A stretch of DNA of 55,486 bases, the filler included, from Sphacelaria rigidula (lineage: Eukaryota): NCBI GenBank assembly GCA_964200075.2. It is 4 parts of 4 records of this genome, joined end to end, with 100 filler letters (N's around TTAATTAATTAA, not from the genome) between each part and the next. Parts side by side here need not be neighbours in the genome. Positions count along the whole stretch, not along the records: positions 1 to 13,800 come from CAXNAA020002660.1; positions 13,901 to 27,697 come from CAXNAA020002661.1; 2 more parts are not named here. The stretch is one strand, 5' to 3'. A program made the position numbers and the translations under genes. The notes beneath the pieces were generated by a model, which did no database searches, was not told where the DNA came from, and was given only the letters and a program-made list of their open reading frames with translations. The first letter of the stretch is position 1. Each line of letters begins with the position of its first letter. Of the stretch, positions 11,501 to 22,410 are shown piece by piece.

Positions 11501-13590
11501 AATGTTGGCCATACAGCTGACAGTGCACGTGGAAGAGCGTACATGCGAGCAACGCGCAGTGAGGGCTGTCGGGGCTGATGAAGTACAAGAAATGAGTATT
11601 AGAGAGCGTATAGCTCTCGAAAAGCTCTCGGGGCGTACGATTGGTTGTCGGGCGGGGGCTCTATGGAGCCTGAGAAAACATACGAGTCCCCTTGACGGTA
11701 CGTACATATGAGTGAACGGCTAAGAATACTGTAATTTCGTAGCAGATGCTGTATACCTTTTCTCCATCGTCATTTGAGCGGTGTTCCGGCTCGCGAGGTA
11801 GTAATAGACTCAAACCAAGAACATGCTGAAATGGGAAGGGAAAATAGAAGACGTTACAACGGAAGCCAAGATCTGCGATGTTTTTTTCCAACAACGGCAT
11901 GGATGTTCACAAACTAGATAGCTCGTCTCGTAAACTCTCGTCTCCGGGATGAACGCGTGAACCCTGCCGCTGCACGTTTCAAGTGTCAGTTTCCTCTGCC
12001 CAGTCAAGGATGAGGCTGACATACCCTGGGATAAGGAGGCACCCCATTTCTCAAAGTTGAAACACTCGGCCCGATATACAAAAAAACAAAGTGGAAACAA
12101 TCGCTGAAGAAAAATGAATGAAATGCGACTGGGAAAACAATCCCTGTTGTCTGCAGAATACGCAGGGTGCTCAAAATGAGAAAGACAGGCGCACGGTCCC
12201 CCGTGCACTTTCTACGAGGACGGCGCCGACCTGTTACCCCGACACCAAAGCGCCACGTGTTGTGAAAACAACGCGAGGTAGTCTTGGGCCATCAAGGAAC
12301 TGCGCTTGCCATGTTTTGTTTTAGGGGCGTCAGTTAAAGTGAGACAATCAATTACCCAATCGATGAGTGTGGATATTTTTCGTCATTGTTTCAACTCTTC
12401 TCCTTACTCGGGGCGGGTCCGTTTACTCAAGCAAGCAACCCACCATTCAAACCGTTCCAACATGGACACTCATTTCTCGTCATTGTTCACGTGCGCGAGT
12501 CTGCGGGGTGTGCCGGCCTCATCCTTCGATCCTTCACTGGGTGAAGGAAACTGACACATGGAAGGTATAAAGAGGGTTGGAATTCCGGTCTCTACTTCAT
12601 TTTCGCTTATTCACCGCACCACCACAGCAATGCGGCAGCACGCATGCGCAATCCACGTTAACACTCACCGTAAGGGATGGATCATCTCGAACCACTGTCC
12701 CTACACCAACAAGCACAGCACTGCAATCCCTTCGAATTCGATGTACTGTAAACAAGCCGGGTGCGCAGAGGGGGATGGGGATGCAAGGAACATTAGAAAA
12801 AATCTTCTGAAGCGCAAATGCGCTTATCGTCGGACAGCAGCAGGTACAACAGCTGGCGATTTCGGTTAATGTAGATTCAGACGGTAAAGTAATATCGTTT
12901 GCCACTGCCTTGAGAGACTAGACTCTCTGAAAATGAAAGCAGTCCTGCATTGGTTGCTCATCTTCATTGGCGGCGATAGATCCCACATTCGTGATTGACA
13001 CGCAGATGTTTCATGGTGTGAGAAAAACGGAGGGGGTGAGAGAGGATGGGGAAGATTCCAGTATGCGTGACCCGCGATCACACATGACACCAGAAGAACT
13101 GGGTGTTGAGCACCACGAAAAGGCTCGTGGGAGACCCTGAGGATCCATAAAGCAGACAATGCTTGTACGTCATTTGCCAATCCTGATGTTATCATACTCC
13201 CATGATGTCATCAAATGTTAACAATTGAATCGAATTCTCCCCCCCAAAACGGCTTTTCCCTTGTTTCCTTCGACTCACCTGCATCCAGAGAATCCTGGCA
13301 CGTAAACCGTTTGGGGCCATCGGATAGGTCGTCGACCGCACCGTTTCGATCCATCGCGAGTTTTAGAGTGACTGAGGGATACACATTGCTTCCACTTCCG
13401 CCGGTCGCCGCCGTACCCCACTCCTGGGCCGTTTTTGGTTTCGCCTTTGTTATCGTCCCTGCCGTGGAAGCCACCCCATCGCGATCACTCCGCCGCTCCT
13501 GCGGTACACCATCTCGTCCTAAGGATTCATGGGGACTAGGTGCAGCGCTCGTCATTGATCTACCACGTCCTTTCAGTCGCGGTATGTTAC
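8426..13590 (-). CDS. RibD_C-domain pyrimidine reductase-like protein (riboflavin pathway reductase family), 5'-partial, 6 exons
   Basis: join(complement 13279-13590, 12669-12745, 10743-10892, 10109-10207, 9342-9493, 8426-8534). All introns are GT-AG and phases are compatible. The spliced protein reads ...VTLKLAMDRNGAVDDLSDGPKRFTCQDSLDAVHRIRRDCSAVLVGVGTVVRDDPSLTVRR...QPTRVVLDRSLR...GGVRLVDVLEAMTQRGMEHVLVEGGPTTARLFLSEGLVDRAIIVRAP...WP*. The first exon(s) lie off the contig. Confidence 0.88.
9342..9493 (-). CDS. RibD_C gene exon (VLVEGG...GLVD)
   Basis: Acceptor gttccag|CGC, donor AG|gtaagc. Carries the hallmark VEGG motif. Confidence 0.9.
10109..10207 (-). CDS. RibD_C gene exon (VEFVGLP...GGVRLVDVLEAM)
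   Basis: Acceptor tgaacag|GTG, donor CAG|gtcaac. Confidence 0.8.
10743..10892 (-). CDS. RibD_C gene exon (VRR...QPTRVVLDRSLR)
   Basis: Acceptor ctcttag|GTT. Donor TGG|gtactt; an alternative donor 4 nt earlier is possible. Confidence 0.82.
12669..12745 (-). CDS. RibD_C gene exon (VHRIR...GVGTVVRDDPSLT)
   Basis: Acceptor tttacag|TA, donor ACG|gtgagt. Confidence 0.9.
13279..13590 (-). CDS. RibD_C gene exon (low-complexity N-terminal region plus VTLK motif)
   Basis: Acceptor aaacag|GT, donor GCAG|gtgagt; 312 nt. Confidence 0.85.
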
Positions 13591-13800
13591 CTGTTTGCGC
13601 CCAAGGAAACGTTTACATGAAAAGAATTTCGTGTACGCACGACAAAGACGGGGGAAAAGGACGACGGGGGAGGGAGGGGTGCACTCGTGATCATGCATGC
13701 CATAATCGTAACACCATTGATCTCGGATCCCTACAATGCCGGGACGGAGCACGCCGGGTTTTCGCCGGACCAGGCTCGCAATCAATCACCAAGCGCGAAG

Positions 13801-13900
13801 NNNNNNNNNNNNNNNNNNNNNNNNNNNNNNNNNNNNNNNNNNNNTTAATTAATTAANNNNNNNNNNNNNNNNNNNNNNNNNNNNNNNNNNNNNNNNNNNN
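13801..13900. other. Artificial contig spacer (N44-TTAATTAATTAA-N44)
   Basis: N runs flank a 12-mer with stops in all six frames. An identical 100-nt spacer recurs twice more. Confidence 0.98.
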
Positions 13901-13929
13901 AGTGTGGAAGGATGGCTGACACACTTATG

Positions 13930-13980
13930 AGCCTCTTTTTTCGTGCAACCAAATACCCCCCCGCTATCGTAGGATGACTC
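13930..13980. mobile_element. Right terminus of a Sola2-like MITE interrupting the left Copia copy
   Basis: AAATACCCCCCCGCTATCGTAGGATGACTC matches the family TIR. Copia integrase homology starts immediately at 13981. Confidence 0.65.
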
Positions 13981-16426
13981 GACAGTACTGACGGAACTCA
14001 GCACTCGTGAACTCTGAACCTTTGTCAGCTTTAACGCGTTCCAAGCGATGTCCAGAGGGAATCACAAGCCCCGCTTTAAGGAGCTTGAGAGATTTCGTTC
14101 TTTGTGTTTTGTCTTGAAGGAGAAAAATCTCCTTCCACTTTGTAGCCTGGTCGACAAACTTTGAGACCATTCGGAACCCACTATTGGCTGTAGGGGAGAT
14201 GGGACCCATGAGGTCCACGGTGACGGACTGAAAAGGATACTGTGCATCATGCGCCGTCTTCTTAGAATGAGCTTGCTGTTTACTCTTGCCAACGGCGCAG
14301 ACACCACAATCATCCATGTCCCCCTTGTACTCAACCCCGTTGCCCAGTTGTTTCCGAAGGATATCTAAGCTCCTGCGGTTGACGTGTCCCATCCGCCGGT
14401 GCCACAGCTCCGCAGAAACAGCCCGCAGTGCAAGTGCACTGGAACCGCCTCCAGAGCCGTGGCCAAGCTCCAAAGTGAAAGTGCACAGCAGCTTCCCGGT
14501 CGTATTGTCCACGCCAACCACGTTCATCGGCAGAGCCACTTCTCCGTTGTCCACCTCGCTGTATTCCAACCTGGGCTTGGGAGGATGGAATAACGTAGCT
14601 ATCCCCTGCGCCCATGCGGTGCAGACAGAGAAAAGGTTAGATCCTAGCCCTGGAACAAGAACAGCGTGAAAGGAGAACGGCTGTTTGAAACGTCCGTCAT
14701 CGACAACGGTGCCGTGGACCGTACCCGTTGCGACACCTTTGAGAGTTTCCCCCCCCAATTCCTTCGACTTGATACGGTACGTCGAGAGCGCGCAAGTCGC
14801 GCATGAAGTCCTGCAATCCAGGAGTGAGGAGCGGGTCTACAAAGTGCTCGGTGGCTCCGCTGTCCACTAGCATGGTGACCTTGTCCCCACCAGACCAGAA
14901 GATTCCGGCAGGCAAAGCAGTGGATGCCGTGAACGCACCGAAGATCCCTCCAGGCGTGCGGCTGATCTCCTGGGATTCCTTCGTGGGAGCAGAGCCGACC
15001 TGTGCCGGTGGTGTCGCGGGAGCTTCCGGTTTCCCAGCTGATGCCGCAGAAGGTGCCGCGGTAGTAGTGGTGCCTGTTTGCGCCCCAGCCAAGCAAGTAC
15101 CCATCGCGCAGTATGAGAACCCGAAAGTTATCGGCTCGGGTTCAGGTTCTGGTTGTGGGTTTTGTGCGACAAGCGCACTGCCTATGTTGGGGAATTGCCC
15201 AGCCTGCGGTTTTATGTTGAGAAGAGCCAAGTTGGCAGCCAGCTGATTAAGATCCTTTTTCTTGAGCCCATTCTGCTTGTGACAGTCGGAGTCGTCGTGG
15301 CTTGCGGTTTTGTGGTACGAACACCACTTTTGCGAAGAACCACCGCCGCCGCCAGGTTTCGGGCCCCTCTTCTTCTTCCACTTCGTGGGCCGCTTCTGCT
15401 GCACAAGCTTAGGGCAGTCCTTTCGAAAGTGTCCGTAGCCTTGGCAATGGTGGCATTGGTCACTGCCTGAAGTATTGGCCATCGCCGCTCCACGCCGAGC
15501 AATGGGAGGATGAGACGACTTGCGGGACAACCCGTCCATGTGAAAGTTAATAGCTGTCCGTTTCATGTCCTCCAGGCTGAAGGAACGGTCGCGATGGTTA
15601 CTCTGTGTGATAGAATCATACTCCTTGGGACATCGGCGTAGCTATCATCGATGAGTTCCTCCCCAAAGTCCTTCAGCCACAACCGCAACTCGTCCATGGT
15701 GGCGAAGTAGTCCACTGGGTCGCTACCTGGTTTCATGGGGTTGTTGAACAGTTTGTCGCGACAAGCACGGCGGGCTTCTTTGGTATTTGCGTCGAAACGC
15801 TCCTTGAGGGCGTTCCAGGCAGCAGCACCGTCCCCCGCTACGCCCGCTGTCTTGCCCTCGTGCTCTTTCACGGTAACGAGCGCGGATCCCTCGGTTGCGA
15901 AGAACAGGATGGAGAACAAGTCGACAGCAATATCAGCAGGACAGGCAATACCACACGCCGTGGCACACCACCGCCGAACACCTCTATCCACACTACAGTG
16001 TCGGGCAGCATTATTAGCACAGAGGATACTGAAGTAATCAAGCGTGCGCCGAGTCTATCGCGATGCACCGACAGGTTGGCCATGCGCCAGCACCCTTCCG
16101 TTACGGGTTGTCCACCATTCCATCATGATATCTGTCGTGTTCAGTCCTGCCGTTCGCAGAGGTGCAGGTGCCTTCATACCTCCAGAGGTCGAGAGGTATC
16201 TTGGAGTGTGTGTGTACAATGGCCGATGAGTATCATGCACCAGCTGCGAGTAACGACGCCAGAGCTTGACGCAGCAGGGGGATGTTAATAGGCCCTTTGT
16301 GCGATTCATTGGTACCATCGCCACGGTGATGATCTCGTGGAAAGGAAGAACGCAGTAACAGCACTTCGCTATCCCCACCACAAACTAACAGAAGATGTTG
16401 CGAGAAATATGAAATAATAAATAACT
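13981..16426 (-). mobile_element. Ty1/Copia retrotransposon, truncated copy (gag, protease, 5' integrase)
   Basis: Zinc knuckle CHHCQGYGHFRKDC, protease LVDSGATEHF, integrase Zn motif LWHRRMGH...CGVCAVGK, VTVDLMGP and KADKGSEF. Frameshifted; inverted twin of 19951-22410. Confidence 0.93.
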
Positions 16427-19400
16427 TGTCGCAACAAAATTCGACTTGACGGTCGACGAGGGAAGGGGACTGCTGAACCCCTCTCGCGATAAAAAATGGT
16501 GGGGTACTAAATACAAATACAAAATTAAAAGCTCCTGTGTGACCCCGGCTGGTACGACCACACATACCGAAAGGTGTAGACCGGCGTCCAGAAAAGATGG
16601 GGCAGCAACACACGACACACAAATAATGCAGCAAGCAGGAAAGTCAAACAATAACCCATGGACGCAGTAACTCGACGCCAGAGCGCTAGCTTCTTACTGT
16701 GGATATTTGATATTCATCGATGGACATCGGACCCGAAGCGAGAAGGAAAAATTGGTACGTGCTTAAGTAGGTCCAACATTATTCATACTTTTTGTTTCAC
16801 GTCTTAGATTTGAATATGTCGTTCTGTTCGACTTTCTGTGGCCCTCCCTTTTTTCCAGTGAGTGTTTCGGTTTTGGTTTTGTCTCGGGTACGTCCACCAT
16901 GTGGCCACGGCTGTAGCCCTGGTTGTTCAGTTCAACTGCGACAATCAATCAATCAACCAACCAAATCAAGATGAGAGAGTTTCGGAAAATGCTTTTTTGT
17001 AATCTCGGAGTGCAAATATCTCAGGATCGATCAGAGTGCAGAATATACTAAGTAACAGAAAACCCCATCAGAAAACGTTGAGGGGATACCACATTCGACG
17101 GAGGGGGGATTACTTTTTGTTACATATTTGCGCTCTGAATTGAAGAGAAGGGCGTTTCCCAAAGGGCAATATACAAAAAAGGGTACACCCTTGTGCTTTT
17201 GGAGCAAAAAAGGGTAGCGCATTTTTCGCGTTGGGGCGCGGCGCTGCACGCTGGCTGAACACCTCGAAACACGTTTCAGCGCCCCAGCCCCACGCCAAAG
17301 GTGTCTGGACAGCATATCCGACCATTTTTTTTCACTGCCACAAGTGTTACTGGGCCGAACTACCGCGCCGAGAATGAGAGCCTGTGAGAGTACCCTTTTT
17401 TGTAGGCAAAACAGGAGGGTACACCCTGCCCTCTGCTAAAACATTATATCTACCCTTTCTTGTTCTACAATACTGTTGTCCCTTTTCTGTCAAGTGGTGA
17501 CCCTTTATCGTGAAGTGGTGACCGTACCGCCGTCTCAGCGCAAGTCACGCCGAGCAGTGACAACCATAGCCGTTTTCGGTAAAACTACACCTCGCCGAAA
17601 AAAGCCGAAACCCAACGACCAGGAGAGTGTAGCCCCCCTGTTGGTTGGCCCGAAGGCCTGGGAGATCCAACGATGCATACAGGTCCCTGGTGTGCCAGAT
17701 CTCACGAAGATCTAACGAACAGCTGTGAACATCTTGCCGACACATCAGCCCGAACGGCATCATGCGGAGCCCACATCAGACCGTTGCCGGATCTGCAGTT
17801 TGCCGCTCGGAAACGGAGATGGACACCGACCGGATTCAGGATTGGAGCAAGAACGGGTGCGCATGCACACGGCCGATGTATATACCCACATGCTTTTGAA
17901 AAAAAGGCACTTGTGCAGTAATGGAATGGCTGTTATGAAACCCAGATGCAGCATCGTCCATCTGACCCTATGCGAGGCGCGTCTGTGTAGGCAAGAGTCA
18001 AACTTGTGCATGCGGTACGCTCACTAGACTTCGTCTTGCATAACTGCATGTAGAATGCGCACAGGGTAAACTGGGTTGGAAAATTCAACATACATGAACA
18101 ACGGAGTAGTCGACGTTTGACTGTGTACACGAGGCGGTGCATGCGACTGCACAGATCTGGCCCACGTCTTTGATCCTTCCATAATGTATCGATACTCAGA
18201 GTCGGTGAATCTCCATTTCTGTGGGGGTGGGCTGAGGTGAACAATTCGCTGTTTGGTGAATGATCGGCGTCGACTTGCAGCATAACACCGTTCGTGGGGG
18301 GCATTGTCATTACTCCGAGGCGGTGTAGCGTGTTGACCTTTGCTGCTCATGATAATCTGAAGGTTTTCTGTACGTGTTACTTGGGTTGTGGCGCGTCGGT
18401 CTCACAGCTTCGGGTATTCCGAGTTGTGGTCGGGAGGGTGCGTGTTTTGCGATCAGAGGAAGACAGCTGATTGTACAGTCTACGGCCTTGGATTCAGGCG
18501 TTCTTGCTCCAATCCTGAATCCGGTCGGTGTCCATCTCCGTTTCCGAGCGGCAAACTGCAGATCCGGCAACGGTCTGATGTGGGCTCCGCATGATGCCGT
18601 TCGGGCTGATGTGTCGGCAAGATGTTCACAGCTGTTCGTTAGATCTTCGTGAGATCCGGCACATAAGGGACCTGTATGCATCGTTGGATCTTCCAGGCCT
18701 TCGGGCCAACCAACAGGGGGGCTACACTCTTCTGGTCGTTGGGTTTCGGCCTTTTCCGGCGGGGTGTAGTTTTACCGAAAATGGCTATAGTTGTGACTGC
18801 TCGGCGTAACTTGCGCTGAGACGGCGATACGGTCACCACTTCACGATAAAGGGTCACCACTTGACAGAAAAGGGACAACAGTATTGTAGAACAAAAAAGG
18901 GTAGATATAATGTTTTAGCAGAGGGCAGGGTGTACCCTCCTGTTTTGCTTACAAAAAAGGGTACTCTCACAGGCTCTCATTCTCGGCGCGGTAGTTCGGC
19001 CCAGTAACACTTGTGGCAGTGAAACAAAATGGTCGGATATGCTGTCCAGACACCTTGGGCGTGGGGCTGGGGCGCTGAAACGTGTTTCGAGGTGTTCAGC
19101 CAGCGCGCAGCACCGCGCCCCAACGCGAAAAATGCGCTACCCTTTTTTGCTCCAAAAGCACAAGGGTGTACCCTTTTTTTGTATATTTCCCTTTGGGAAA
19201 CGCTCTTCTCTTCAATTCAGAGCGCAAATATGTAACAAAAAGTAATCCCCCCTCCGTCGAATGTGGTATCCCCTCAACTGTTTCTGATGGGGTTTTCTGT
19301 TACTTGGTATATTCTGCACTCTGATCGATCCTGAGATATTTGCACTCCGAGATTACAAAAATGCATTTTCCGAAACTCTCTCACCTTGATTTGGTTGGTT

Positions 19401-22400
19401 GATTGATTGATTGTCGCAGTTGAACTGAACAACCAGGGATACAGCCGTGGCCACATGGTGGACGTACCCGAGACAAAACCAAAACCGAAACACTCACTGG
19501 AAAAAAGGAAGGGCCAAAGAAAGTCGAACAGAACGACATATTAATAACTAAGACGTGAAACAAAAAATATGAATAATGTTGGACCTACTTAAGCACGTAG
19601 CAATTTTTCCTTCTCGCTTCGGGTCCGATGTCCATCGATGAATATCAAATATCCACAGTAGGAAGCTAGCGCTCTGGCGTCGAGTTACTACGTCCATTGG
19701 TTCTTGTTCGACTTTCCTGCTTGCTGCATTATTTGTGTGTTGTGTGTTGTTGTCCTATCTATTCTGGACGCCGGTCTACACCTTTCGGTATGTGTGGGCG
19801 CACCAGCCAGGGTCACACAGGAGCTTTTAATTTTGTATTTCTTTTTAGTACCCCACCTTCCTTCTGCGGTGCTTGCCTTTATTTTTTATCGCGAGAGGGG
19901 TTCAGCAGCCCCCTGCCCTCGTCGACCGTCAAGTCGAATTTGTTGCGACAAGTTATTTATTATTTCATATTTCTCACAACATCTTCTGTTAGTTTGTGGT
20001 GGGGATAGCGGACTGCTGTTACGGCGTTTTTCCTTTCCACGAGTTCGTCACCGTGGCGATGGTACCAATGAGTCGCACAAAGGGCCTACTAACATCTCCC
20101 TGCTGCGTCAAGCTCTGGCTTCGTTACTCGCAGCTGGTGCATGATACTCATCGGCCATTGTACACACACACTCCAAGATGCCTCTCGACCTCTGAAGGAA
20201 TGAAGGCACGTGCACCTCTGCGAACGGCAGGACCGAACACGACAGATATCATGATGGAATGGTGGACAACCCGTAACGGAAGGGCGCTGGCGCATGGCCA
20301 ACCTGTCAGTGCATCGCGATAGACTCGGCGCATGCTTGTTTACTTCAGTATCCTCTGTGCTGATAATGCTGCCCGACACTGTAGTGTGGATAGAAACGTT
20401 CGGCGGTGGTGTGCCACGGCGTGCGGTATTGCCTGCACTGCTGATATTGCTGTCGACTTGTTCTCCATCCTGTTCTTCGCAACCGAGGGATCCGCGTTCG
20501 TTACCGTGAAAGAGCACGAGGGCAAGACAGCGGGCGTAGCGGGGGACGGTGCTGCCGCCTGGAACGCCCTCAAGGAGCGTTTCGATGCAAACACCAAAGA
20601 AGCCCGCCGTGCTTGTCGCGACAAACTGTTCAACAACCCCATGAAACCAGGTAGCGACCCAGTGGACTACTTCGCCACCATGGACGAGCTGCGGTTGCGG
20701 CTGAAGAACTTTGGGGAGGAACTCATCGATGATAGCTACGCCGATGTTCTGCTTCGTTCTCTTCCCAAGGAGTATGATTCTATCACACAGATTAAACATC
20801 GCGACCGTTCCTTCAACCTGGATAACATGAAGCGGACAGCTATTAACTTCCACATAGACGAGTTGTCCCACAAGTCGTCTCATCCTCCCATTGCTGGGCG
20901 TGGAGCGGCGATGGCCGCTGCTTCAGGCAGCGACCAATGCCACCATTGCCAAGGCTACGGACACTTTCGAAAGGACTGCCCTAAGCTTGTGCAGCAGAAG
21001 CGGCCCACGAAGTGGAAGAAGAAGAGGGGCCCGAAACCTGGCGGCGGCGGTGGTTGTTTGCAAAAGTGGTGTTCGTACCACAAAACTGCAAGCCACGGCG
21101 ACTCCGACTGTCACAAGCAGAAGGAGCTCAAAAAAAAGGATCTTAATCAGCTGGCTGCCAACTTGGCTCTTCTGAACATGAAACCGCAGGCTGGGCATTT
21201 CCCCAACATAGGCAGTGCGCTTGTCGCACAAACCCACAACCAGAACCTGAACCCGAGCCGATAACTTTCGGGTTCTCATACTGCGCGATGGGTACTTGCT
21301 TGGCTGGGGCGCAAGCGGGCACCACTACCACCGCGGCACCTTCTGCGGCATCAGCTGGGAAACCGGCAGCTCCCGCGACACCACCGGCACAGGTCGGCTC
21401 TGCTCCCACGAAGGAATCCCAGAAGATCAGCGGCACGCCTGGAGGGATCTTCGGTGCGTTCACGACATCCACTGCTCTGCCGGCCGGAATCTTCTGGTCT
21501 GGTGGGGACAAGGTCACCATGCTAGTGGACAGCGGAGCAACCGAGCACTTTGTAGACCCGCTCCTCACTCCTGGATTGCAGGACTCCATGCGCGGCTTGC
21601 GCGCTCTCGACGTACCGTATCAAGTCGAAGGAATTGGGGGGGGAACTCTCAAAGGTGTCGCAATGGGTACGGTCCACGGCACCGTAGTCGATGACGGACG
21701 TTTCAAACAGCCGTTCTCCTTTCACGCTGTTCTTGTTCCAGGGCTAGGATCTAACCTTTTCTCTGTCTGCACCCGCATGGGCGCAGGGGATAGCTACGTT
21801 ATTTTATCCTGCAAGCCCAGGTTGGAATACAGCGAGGTGGACAACGGAAAAGTGGCTCTGCCGATGAGCGTGGTTGGCGTGGACAACACGACCGGGAAGC
21901 TACTGTGCACTTTCACTTTGGAGCTTGGCGACGGCTCTGGAGGCGGTTCCAGTGCACTTGCACTGCGGGCTGTTTCTGCGGAGCTGTGGCACCGGCGGAT
22001 GAGACACGTCAACCGCAGGAGCCTAGATGTCCATCGGAAACAACTGGGCAACGGGGTTGAGTACAACGGGGACATGGATGATTGTGGTGTCTACGCCGTC
22101 GGTAAGAGTGAACAGCAAGCTCATTCTAAGAAGACGGCGCATGATGCACAGTATCCTTTCCAGTCCGTCACCGTGGACCTCATGGGTTCCATCTCCCCTA
22201 CAGCCATTAGTGGGTTCCGAATGGTCTCAAAGTTTGTCAACCAGGCCACAAAGTGGAAGGAGATTTTTCTCCTTCAAGACAAAACACAAAGAACGAAATC
22301 TCTCAAGCTCCTTAACGCGGGGCTTGTGATTCCCTCTGGACATCGCTTGGAACGCGTGAAACCTGACACAGGTTCAGAGTTCACGAGTGCTGAGTTCCGT

Positions 22401-22410
22401 CAGTACTGTC
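13981..22410. repeat. Head-to-head inverted duplication: arms 13981-17855 and 18499-22410, with a 643-bp unique spacer
   Basis: The arms are reverse complements, roughly 95% identical by eye with small indels. They include the Copia 5' half plus ~1.4 kb of non-Copia flanking repeats. Confidence 0.92.

Noticed and set aside
13845..13856. TTAATTAATTAA as a biological motif, and ORFs running into the N runs
   Set aside because: Artificial six-frame-stop linker repeated in every gap.
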